Virus record (IMG/VR): IMGVR_UViG_3300031965_000018
Location: 1-64,000 of that record
Length of the DNA: 64,000 nucleotides
Strand: one strand, 5' to 3'
DNA from: a virus
Shown: positions 34,735 through 41,195 of the stretch, piece by piece
Layout: every line of letters begins with the position of its first letter
Position numbering within the stretch: the stretch's first letter is position 1
Notes under the pieces: model-generated
The model's database searches: none
The model's input: the letters and a program-made list of their open reading frames with translations, nothing else
Told to the model about the DNA's origin: nothing
Position numbers and translations under genes: made by a program

Positions 34735-34905
34735 ATGACCGAAGACGAACTCGTGAAACTCTGTCAACGATTGGATCGAATTGAAGCCGAGATGCGGAGA
34801 CATGAGAACGCACTCTATTCGATCCGTGCTCAGTTACGGGCTAAAGTGAGCCCTCACCGACGTGACGAATGCGGGTTTGAAGAACCTGCCGCTGAATCAA
34901 CGTAA
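34735..34905 (+). CDS. possible 56-aa coiled-coil protein
   Basis: MTEDELVKLCQRLDRIEAEMRRHENALYSIRAQLRAKV... Below the ORF-track cutoff. Confidence 0.3.
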   Translation: MTEDELVKLCQRLDRIEAEMRRHENALYSIRAQLRAKVSPHRRDECGFEEPAAEST

Positions 34906-34991
34906 CCAGCTCGACCGCGACCTGTTGGCCCGAGGGTTGCGGCGGTTTCAGCTTCGGGCCATTACCGATCAACGACCAATAGGAGACGATC

Positions 34992-35855
34992 ATGGCAAAA
35001 AGCAAAGTAGAGAAGACAGAAGAGAAGACGGACAACGGCACGACCGAGTTGACCACGCGCAACGAAACGGCGCTAACGTCCGCGCGGGAAGACTTCATTG
35101 AGAAGGGCGACCTCAGCGGCACCGAAGACATCACGGCCGATGACCTGCGACTGCCTCGTCTGGCCTTCGCGCAGGGTCTGTCCGAGCAAATGCAGGAGGG
35201 CAACTCCAATTACATCGCGGAGCTTCGGATGGCGGAGATGTTCAACGATCTGACGAGCGAGATTTACGGCAAAGGGCCGATGACGTTTGTGCCCGTGAAG
35301 CGCGAGGTGCGCTACATCGAGTTCGCGCCGCGTGAGGACGGCGGCGGGCTGCTCGACCCGGACGTGCCGCCTGGCGACCCGAGGACAAAATGGAGCGTGG
35401 TGGACGGGAGACGAGTGCCGCCAGCGGCAACGAAGTTCGTGGAGTTTGTCGTCCTGCTTCTGAAGGGCGAGGACCCGCCCGAGCCCATCGTGCTCTCGAT
35501 CAAGGACACGAATAAGTTCAATCGACGCGCGGCGGAACGCCTCACCGGGTTCATCAAGCTCCGGCAGAAGCCGATCTATGCCGGACTCTACACCATCCAG
35601 TCCAAGAACGAAAAGAACGACAAGGGCACGTTTGCGGTGCCCGTTATTGGCAACGCCGGGAATCTGGACGACAAGAACGTGCCCGATGAGATGTGGGAGC
35701 GGCACAAGAGGCTCTACGCCTACGCGCAGCAGTTCGCCGCGTCCCTCCAGGGCAAGACCATCCACGTCAACCGCGACACGACGGAGGATGACTCGTTTGA
35801 TACGGACGCCTACGATGCCGCAGTGACGGGAGCGGCAACTCGACCGGATATGTAG
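34992..35855 (+). CDS. hypothetical protein (possible ssDNA-binding/recombination-associated)
   Basis: 287-aa ORF with an acidic tail (EDDSFDTDAYD), as SSB-like proteins have, within the replication arm. The functional call is weak. Confidence 0.35.
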   Translation: MAKSKVEKTEEKTDNGTTELTTRNETALTSAREDFIEKGDLSGTEDITADDLRLPRLAFAQGLSEQMQEGNSNYIAELRMAEMFNDLTSEIYGKGPMTFVPVKREVRYIEFAPREDGGGLLDPDVPPGDPRTKWSVVDGRRVPPAATKFVEFVVLLLKGEDPPEPIVLSIKDTNKFNRRAAERLTGFIKLRQKPIYAGLYTIQSKNEKNDKGTFAVPVIGNAGNLDDKNVPDEMWERHKRLYAYAQQFAASLQGKTIHVNRDTTEDDSFDTDAYDAAVTGAATRPDM

Positions 35856-35946
35856 ACTAGCGTGGATGGGAGTCTCTGCTAGTGATGCTGCCGCCCGGAG
35901 TGAGAATGGCGCGCTCCGGGCGGTGTGGTGGTTGGAGTAACGAAAT

Positions 35947-36558
35947 ATGGCAACGCGTAAGCGACCGTTCAAGTTGGCCCCGCCGCTGAAACCTAAACCG
36001 CCATCTCAACTGCAAGAGGGTCGTCTTGTCTGGCGAAATGGATATGCGTACGTATGTAAACCCGGTTATATACGGCACGGGCGAAAACCTTCTGGTTACG
36101 TTAAACGAGCAGATCTCGTACTTGAAGAGAAACTCGGGCGTAAACTTGAAGCCAATGAAATTGCCCATCACAAAAATCATGTACGTTCCGACGATCATCC
36201 GGACAATTTAGAAGCAAAAGACTTTCGTCTGCATACGAGCGACCACTATTTGGAAACTGTCGTATACCGCTCTGATTCAAAGCTGATGGCAGAGATTGCC
36301 TTGCAACTTGGGCGTGCAGGATACGTTCGACGCTATGAAGTTCGTATGCCGAGAGACCGTGGCGGGAAGGCGTTACGCATCGCGTTTGCGCACCCCACTA
36401 AGCAAATCGCTCTATTGACAAACTCGAATACGAGGAAAGCGAAAATCCTGCGCGAAATGGGGTGGACGGTGTACGATCTAGAGACGGGCGATTTTCTTCC
36501 GAAAATCGGCCGTCCTTACGGCTCTAGGCAAGGCGATTCCGAGGTCGATAAAGGGTAA
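35947..36558 (+). mobile_element. HNH homing endonuclease gene
   Basis: IAHHKNHVRSDDHPDNLE is an HNH motif. The segment is visibly more AT-rich than its neighbours and is free-standing between gene blocks. Confidence 0.7.
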
Positions 36559-36656
36559 GTTTGGGCCGTTTCTCAGGCGTATTACAAATAAAGACGGCCG
36601 TAAGTCCTTTAAACGGAGTGAGATGCAAAATATATCGACGAATGGTGATTTAGTGC

Positions 36657-36685
36657 TTTACTTGGTTGGTGCCCTCGCGTAATAT
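36657..36685 (+). promoter_or_regulatory. sigma70-like promoter for the hammerhead operon
   Basis: TTTACT-N17-TAATAT. It is followed by about 250 nt of purine-rich leader with no ORF. Confidence 0.45.
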
Positions 36686-36933
36686 CTCGTTGTTGGTTGT
36701 CGTGGAAACCGACCGGGACGGTGACGAGCCGAGATTACCGAGGCGAGGGAAACTCGCGTAGGGTCGAAGCTAGAAAACTCCGAAACCGAAGATAGGCCGA
36801 TAGGCGCCAGGGATGAAAGTTCAGTCCAAGCCCGGACGTAGGCGCGAATCGAGGATCGACGGGAACGACGGACGGTAGCTGAGGTGTTACGCGGAAGAGG
36901 CCGAGGCTACTCGGAAGTCGGGAAAGTCGAATC

Positions 36934-37017
36934 GAGGAATACGAAACGATATGCGAGCGGTTCACTAGAACGGTTCGCGTATCGTCGCCCGACGAAACGG
37001 GCCTGATGAGGTTCCTC
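36934..37017 (+). ncRNA. type II hammerhead ribozyme motif, copy 1
   Basis: GAGGAAU-AC-GAAA, a 12-bp stem III hairpin, UC, GCCCG-ACGAAA-CGGGC, then CUGAUGAG-GUUCCUC. Predicted cleavage after C36986. Confidence 0.8.
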
Positions 37018-37019
37018 AA

Positions 37020-37364
37020 ATGGCTAACGCACGAACAATGCGACTTCAAGCGGCAGAACGGAAGCAACAGGACGCCGCCAAGAATCTTTCTCACCGCTAC
37101 TCCGTCGTCATTGTTCGGTTGAACGGGATGGTGATCTCGGGCGAAGTCGATGGCTTCTGGAAAGACGCGGTAGCGCGGGCGGAGGAAATGCTGAACGATA
37201 CGTTCTACTTCGACGCCCATGGTTACAAGACGGAAGGCGACCCGCGTGCGAATCCTTTCCGTGTGATCGTGGCGATGAGCGACGGTAGGACGACTGAAAC
37301 CGCGTCGTGCTATGAAGTCGGTTGGGATAACGGCCGGAGGATGTTAATGTCCGGTCGTCGGTAG
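37020..37364 (+). CDS. hypothetical protein (cassette 1)
   Basis: 114-aa track ORF. ATG lies 3 nt after ribozyme copy 1, and the stop TAG is embedded in copy 2. Confidence 0.55.
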   Translation: MANARTMRLQAAERKQQDAAKNLSHRYSVVIVRLNGMVISGEVDGFWKDAVARAEEMLNDTFYFDAHGYKTEGDPRANPFRVIVAMSDGRTTETASCYEVGWDNGRRMLMSGRR

Positions 37365-37433
37365 GCATACGAAACTCCGATGGGCCCTGACGGGATCGGA
37401 GTCGCCGGACTTAACCGGCCTGATGAGGTGCCT
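37363..37433 (+). ncRNA. type II hammerhead ribozyme motif, copy 2
   Basis: AGGCAU-AC-GAAA, CUCCGAU...AUCGGAG, UC, GCCGG-ACUUAA-CCGGC, then CUGAUGAG-GUGCCU. Cleavage after C37403. Confidence 0.85.
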
Positions 37434-37434
37434 T

Positions 37435-37632
37435 ATGTGGAAATGGAAGCTGGTAGTAAAGAAGACCGGACGAACGTGGGGTGTTTTTGACGAAGTGTCT
37501 GGTGACCTCGTTGAGGGCGGTTTCTTTCGACGCAGTGCGGCCGAGCAGTCTTTGCGCGATTGGGAAAAACAACTTTCGCAGGAAACAGCGGAAGACGCCG
37601 AGCGCGCGGCCGGTTGGGACCCCAACCCGTAG
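37435..37632 (+). CDS. hypothetical protein (cassette 2)
   Basis: MWKWKLVVKKTGRTWGVFDE... I take ATG 37435, not the track's ATG 37423, which is the AUG inside CUGAUGAG. Confidence 0.5.
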   Translation: MWKWKLVVKKTGRTWGVFDEVSGDLVEGGFFRRSAAEQSLRDWEKQLSQETAEDAERAAGWDPNP

Positions 37633-37692
37633 GCATACGAAATGGCGGAACAGTCCGCCATCGCCGGACTTAACCGGCCTGATGAGGTGCCT
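37631..37692 (+). ncRNA. type II hammerhead ribozyme motif, copy 3
   Basis: AGGCAU-AC-GAAA, UGGCGGA-ACAG-UCCGCCA, UC, GCCGG-ACUUAA-CCGGC, then CUGAUGAG-GUGCCU. Cleavage after C37662. Confidence 0.85.
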
Positions 37693-37693
37693 T

Positions 37694-37900
37694 ATGACTT
37701 TGATTAACACGACAACTCGCAACGCTTTCTGGCGCATCTCGCGCAAAGGTTCTACCGTCTACGTCATGTGGGGTCGAATCGGAACGCGCGGGCAGACCCG
37801 GCAGATCCGGTTCGCCAACGAGACTTCCGCCCGGACGTTCGTAGAGACTCGGATCGACTCCAAGATCGAGGATCGAGACTACGTGCCCGTGAGCCGGTAG
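37694..37900 (+). CDS. WGR domain protein (cassette 3)
   Basis: MTLINTTTRNAFWRISRKGSTVYVMWGRIGTRGQTRQIRFANETSARTFVETRIDSKIEDRDYVPV contains the WGRIG-x-GQ signature. Confidence 0.6.
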   Translation: MTLINTTTRNAFWRISRKGSTVYVMWGRIGTRGQTRQIRFANETSARTFVETRIDSKIEDRDYVPVSR

Positions 37901-37960
37901 GCATACGAAACTCCGCGATAGCGCGGAGTCGCCCGAATGGACGGGCCTGATGAGGTGCCT
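37899..37960 (+). ncRNA. type II hammerhead ribozyme motif, copy 4
   Basis: AGGCAU-AC-GAAA, CUCCGCG-AUAG-CGCGGAG, UC, GCCCG-AAUGGA-CGGGC, then CUGAUGAG-GUGCCU. Cleavage after C37930. Confidence 0.85.
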
Positions 37961-37961
37961 T

Positions 37962-38171
37962 GTGAATTTGAACTCGATCTCCTCCGATCTCCATCGTTAC
38001 AAGCAGGCGACGTTCCGAGTCGCATCTAGCGTCTACGCCGTAACCGGATCGGTGCGACTCGGTTATTCGCTTTGGCTCCTCTCGGAAGGTCGCTTCGGTC
38101 CAAAGCGTGATTTGATCGCAACATTTTCAACCCTCCACGCACTGGCCGGTTACGTCGAGGATAATTCATAG
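37962..38171 (+). CDS. hypothetical protein (cassette 4)
   Basis: GTG 37962 lies 1 nt after the ribozyme (VNLNSISSDLHRYKQ...). The stop TAG is fused to copy 5. Confidence 0.45.
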   Translation: MNLNSISSDLHRYKQATFRVASSVYAVTGSVRLGYSLWLLSEGRFGPKRDLIATFSTLHALAGYVEDNS

Positions 38172-38229
38172 GAACTAGAAACGGGCCGCTCTGGCCCGTC
38201 GCCGGAATAAACCGGCCTGATGAGGTTCC
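38171..38229 (+). ncRNA. type II hammerhead ribozyme motif, copy 5 (variant subclass)
   Basis: GGAAC-UA-GAAA, CGGGCC-GCUCU-GGCCCG, UC, GCCGG-AAUAAA-CCGGC, then CUGAUGAG-GUUCC. Position 11.1 is not the usual C. Cleavage after C38200. Confidence 0.65.
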
Positions 38230-38232
38230 AGC

Positions 38233-38625
38233 TTGACCCTCTTGAATGAGAGACTCCCAATGAACAAGCAGACGATTCGTTTCAACAACAACGGTGCTTC
38301 CCTCGACGTGCTGGCGCGGAACGGCAAGACCGGGATCAGCGTTTTCCTCCGGGTCAAGTCGCCCGGCCAGCGGGCGGTCATCGGGTGCCGTAACGTCTTC
38401 CTGCCGGCCAATGAGAAAACGGCGCAGGAGACGTTCGACCGTCTCGTGGCGGATGCCGAGTCGAAGGGCTGGACCCGAAAGACGGCCGGCACCGGCGCCA
38501 CCGCGTCGCAGTTCTCGGAAGTGCCCCTGCCGACGGCGCTGCCCGCGTCGGTGCCGCTCGCGCCGAAGGTGGTGAAGGCAAAGGTGGCCGAGGCTCCGAA
38601 GGCGAAGCTGGTGAGCCGGAAGTAA
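38233..38625 (+). CDS. hypothetical protein (cassette 5), Lys/Ala/Pro-rich tail
   Basis: 130-aa track ORF starting at TTG 38233, 7 nt after GAGG. The alternative ATG 38260 has its own GAGAG. Confidence 0.5.
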   Translation: MTLLNERLPMNKQTIRFNNNGASLDVLARNGKTGISVFLRVKSPGQRAVIGCRNVFLPANEKTAQETFDRLVADAESKGWTRKTAGTGATASQFSEVPLPTALPASVPLAPKVVKAKVAEAPKAKLVSRK

Positions 38626-38681
38626 GAGCGGACGGTAGAGCGGACGTGCACGAGTGGCGGTAGCGCACGAGTGGCGTGGGC

Positions 38682-38717
38682 GGTTCCGAGCGCAGGCAGA
38701 TGATCGCGCTCGGAACC
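38682..38717 (+). other. 12-bp perfect stem-loop between cassette 5 and ribozyme 6
   Basis: ggttccgagcgc-N12-gcgctcggaacc. No U-tract follows. Confidence 0.4.
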
Positions 38718-38724
38718 TAACGCC

Positions 38725-38786
38725 AGGCATACGAAATGGCGGACTGTTCCGCCATCGCCGGAATAGACCGGCCTGATGAGGTGCCT
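38725..38786 (+). ncRNA. type II hammerhead ribozyme motif, copy 6
   Basis: AGGCAU-AC-GAAA, UGGCGGA-CUGU-UCCGCCA, UC, GCCGG-AAUAGA-CCGGC, then CUGAUGAG-GUGCCU. Cleavage after C38756. Confidence 0.85.
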
Positions 38787-38789
38787 AGG

Positions 38790-39107
38790 ATGAAAGTCAA
38801 GATTGGATTCGACACCGTCGTGCTCGGAACCGAAGTGTGCATCGAGTTCACCCGCGTCACCGAGGGACACCGCGAAAACTACGGCGCAGATGCGGATGGG
38901 AACCGTGGGATGATGGTTGGGATGATCGACTCCGACGACGCGGAAGACATCGTTGTGACGATGCCGTCAGGAACGGAGCGCCCGTTTGAGACGCTACCGG
39001 ACGCGGCGCAGCGGGCGGTGAGACGTGAAGTGGACCGCTACCTGGAGGAGAATGAGCCGGAAGCGGAAGACGAGCCGGAGCGGGACTGGGATGAGGAGAC
39101 GTCATGA
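38790..39107 (+). CDS. hypothetical acidic protein (cassette 6)
   Basis: MKVKIGFDTVVLGTEVCIEF... starts 3 nt after the ribozyme, at an internal ATG of the track ORF. Confidence 0.5.
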   Translation: MKVKIGFDTVVLGTEVCIEFTRVTEGHRENYGADADGNRGMMVGMIDSDDAEDIVVTMPSGTERPFETLPDAAQRAVRREVDRYLEENEPEAEDEPERDWDEETS

Positions 39108-39277
39108 AACTGACCGTTGAGATTCGACGCGGGCCGGGTAAGAAACCGATGCGGGTAGAGTCGCCGCTGGACCAGGGAGTCACCCTCGCCCAGCTACGCG
39201 GGTTGTTGATGGCGGAGATTGCCCTCAATGAGCTACCCTCGAAACTCCGGTTTCACTTTCACGTGGTGGAGGACTGA
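39104..39277 (+). CDS. possible 57-aa protein
   Basis: MKLTVEIRRGPGKKPMRVESPLDQGVTLAQLRGLL... ATGA-coupled. Below the track cutoff. Confidence 0.35.
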   Translation: MKLTVEIRRGPGKKPMRVESPLDQGVTLAQLRGLLMAEIALNELPSKLRFHFHVVED

Positions 39278-39361
39278 ATGGATTCAATCTGGACATCGTT
39301 TATACTTGGAGGTATCTGGGCACTACTCTTGATGATCTACATTCGACTCGGAAAGCGCTGA
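39278..39361 (+). CDS. possible 27-aa membrane peptide
   Basis: MDSIWTSFILGGIWALLLMIYIRLGKR. The stop TGA is fused to ribozyme copy 7. Confidence 0.3.
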   Translation: MDSIWTSFILGGIWALLLMIYIRLGKR

Positions 39362-39419
39362 GGAACTAGAAACGGGCCGCTGGGCCCGTCGCCAGAATGA
39401 ACTGGCCTGAGGAGGTTCC
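39362..39419 (+). ncRNA. type II hammerhead ribozyme motif, copy 7 (variant subclass)
   Basis: GGAAC-UA-GAAA, CGGGCC-GCUG-GGCCCG, UC, GCCAG-AAUGAA-CUGGC, then CUGAGGAG-GUUCC, where N7 is G. Cleavage after C39390. Confidence 0.65.
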
Positions 39420-39420
39420 C

Positions 39421-39636
39421 GTGAAGTTTTTCGTAACAGCTATTCAACGCAGTCGCTCGACGCGCCGACGATGCGGCAAGGCGCACTCGTTCATCGCAGA
39501 GGCCCGAGGTAACGACTTGAGCGCTATCGAGGGCATCATTGAGCAGCGCTGGGATGACGAGCATCCCGGCTCGCATACCTTTCTGGAGATCATCGATCTG
39601 CGAGAGGCGAGAGAAGCGAGTGAGGTGACGTCATGA
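39421..39636 (+). CDS. hypothetical protein (cassette 7)
   Basis: GTG 39421 lies 1 nt after the ribozyme (VKFFVTAIQRSRSTRRRCGKAH...). Confidence 0.45.
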   Translation: MKFFVTAIQRSRSTRRRCGKAHSFIAEARGNDLSAIEGIIEQRWDDEHPGSHTFLEIIDLREAREASEVTS

Positions 39637-40103
39637 TGCGCGTCAAACTATTCGAGGTTCGGGACCGCGCGACGTTCATCGCGGTCTTGGCGGTGAAGCT
39701 CACCGCAGATGTACAACTCACGACAGACGATCTGGAGTTGGTCGGAGACGAGCGAATCGGGTCTCGCAACCCAGAGCACTTCCTACTCCGTCGCGCAGGC
39801 TATGCGAGTGCAGCCATTGCACCGTCATGGACCGGCGAGCCTTACGTGCTCGTGGCGAAGCTGGAACGCGCGCACTACGATCCCTTCAGCTGGGACTCGA
39901 TGACGATGGTTGGGGCCCACCGACATATCCGCGACAATTGGGACAAGCTATCGAGTGGTGATGTCATTGACGTCGAGTTTCTGCGCGGCGAGACGGACCA
40001 ACCGAAGGCATCCGAGTGGGTCACGGTATGGAACCGCTACACTACAATGCCTGACCCTCGACTCCCTGACCCGAACGACGTCAGAGAAACGGATGGAGAC
40101 TGA
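39633..40103 (+). CDS. hypothetical protein
   Basis: 156-aa track ORF, ATGA-coupled to its neighbours. Confidence 0.5.
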   Translation: MMRVKLFEVRDRATFIAVLAVKLTADVQLTTDDLELVGDERIGSRNPEHFLLRRAGYASAAIAPSWTGEPYVLVAKLERAHYDPFSWDSMTMVGAHRHIRDNWDKLSSGDVIDVEFLRGETDQPKASEWVTVWNRYTTMPDPRLPDPNDVRETDGD

Positions 40104-40993
40104 TGTTCATCACCCCAATGCTCGCGGCATCGATGCCGAAGACGCCCGTCACGATTCACCCGGGCGTCTTCTTGGTCGAAGAAAAGTATGATGGCCACCG
40201 ACTCGTCACTCACGTCGATAGCGACCACAGGGTTGCGGCGTGGAGTCGCTACGGGCTAGAGCGCGTTCTGCCCGTTCACGTCGTCAACGCCATTGCTCGG
40301 CTCTCGCCGGGCATCTACGATGGCGAACTGATCGTGCCGGGCAAACGATCCTACGGCGTCACTGAACTGGTCAATGGCTCCGAACTCGTCTATACCGTAT
40401 TCGACGTTCTGGAACTGCTCGGAACCTCGACCATCGCGAGCACTTACATGCAACGTCGGGCCTACCTAGAGGAGATGTCGAGGCATCGGCTCTTCAACGC
40501 CGACGGGATCCAACTGGCCGAGGTCACACCCGTTGACTCGGCAGACGACGTGCGGCGCTATCTGGATGCCGTCTGGAAGCGGGATGGCGAGGGACTAATC
40601 CTCAAGCGACTCGGGGCGCGCTACGTGCCCGGCAAGCGCCCGAAGGACGCCTGGATCAAGATAAAGGCATTGCGCTCGGCGGTCCTGACCGTCATCGGGT
40701 TCATTCCCTCGAAAGGACAAATCAATAACCGTGGGCCCTATGCGACGGTGGCGCTGCGTGATGACGAGGGCCATGAGACGACCGTCAAGACGCTCAACGA
40801 TGCGGAGTGTCGGAGGTTTGAGGAGGAAGCACCAAGGCTCCCAGAGATTGATGAGTTCTCACTCGGTCGGGTTTGCCCCGATCACCCCGCCATCGGCCGG
40901 AAGCTACGTATCGAGTATCAAGAAAGAACACCGGATGGGAATTATCGCCACCCTAGGTGGGATCGCTGGCACACCACAGATGATGAAGAGTAA
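40103..40993 (+). CDS. ATP-dependent DNA ligase
   Basis: Motif I EEKYDGHR, motif III YDGELIV, motif IV EGLILKRL and motif V AWIKIKA. Confidence 0.85.
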   Translation: MFITPMLAASMPKTPVTIHPGVFLVEEKYDGHRLVTHVDSDHRVAAWSRYGLERVLPVHVVNAIARLSPGIYDGELIVPGKRSYGVTELVNGSELVYTVFDVLELLGTSTIASTYMQRRAYLEEMSRHRLFNADGIQLAEVTPVDSADDVRRYLDAVWKRDGEGLILKRLGARYVPGKRPKDAWIKIKALRSAVLTVIGFIPSKGQINNRGPYATVALRDDEGHETTVKTLNDAECRRFEEEAPRLPEIDEFSLGRVCPDHPAIGRKLRIEYQERTPDGNYRHPRWDRWHTTDDEE

Positions 40994-41105
40994 AGAGTTC
41001 TATGCTTACGTGCCCTCGCCAGAAGAGTTGAGCTTGAACCGCACGGATCGCTTCCTCATCGACCCCGACGACATCACCATCGTCAAGACCGACTCGGAGC
41101 GGTAG
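40980..41105 (+). CDS. possible 41-aa protein
   Basis: MMKSKEFYAYVPSPEELSLNRTDRFLIDPDDITIVKTDSER. It overlaps the ligase stop and is the last + strand ORF before the terminator. Confidence 0.3.
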   Translation: MMKSKEFYAYVPSPEELSLNRTDRFLIDPDDITIVKTDSER

Positions 41106-41118
41106 ACTCCGACCACCT

Positions 41119-41160
41119 AACCCGGCCTGGGCCTACCCGCTCAGCGCCGGGTTTCTTTGT
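41119..41160 (+). terminator. intrinsic terminator of the + strand arm
   Basis: aacccggc-N19-gccgggtt followed by tctttgt. Confidence 0.55.
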
Positions 41161-41195
41161 GCCCGGTGGAACCCTAGGTCGAACGACCTAACCAG

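Noticed and set aside
37423-37434. ATG codons at 37423, 37682, 37950 (and 39397) that the ORF track uses as starts, giving the recurrent N-terminus MRCL...
   Set aside because: These AUGs are the invariant AUG inside the hammerhead core CUGAUGAG (or lie inside loop I for 39397). They have no SD of their own. The next in-frame ATG or GTG sits at SD-appropriate distance from GAGG.
38026-38870. 231-234-aa minus-strand ORFs spanning the hammerhead region, and 35073-35972 (-) 299 aa
   Set aside because: They run antisense through several ribozymes and + strand cassettes, or through the 34992-35855 gene. Their Arg-rich composition fits spurious frames.
36934-39419. The seven conserved repeats interpreted as a CRISPR array
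   Set aside because: Repeat units are 58-84 nt with an internally variable hairpin. The 'spacers' are 200-400 nt and contain ORFs with SD and start codons. No cas genes are present. The repeats fit the hammerhead core precisely.
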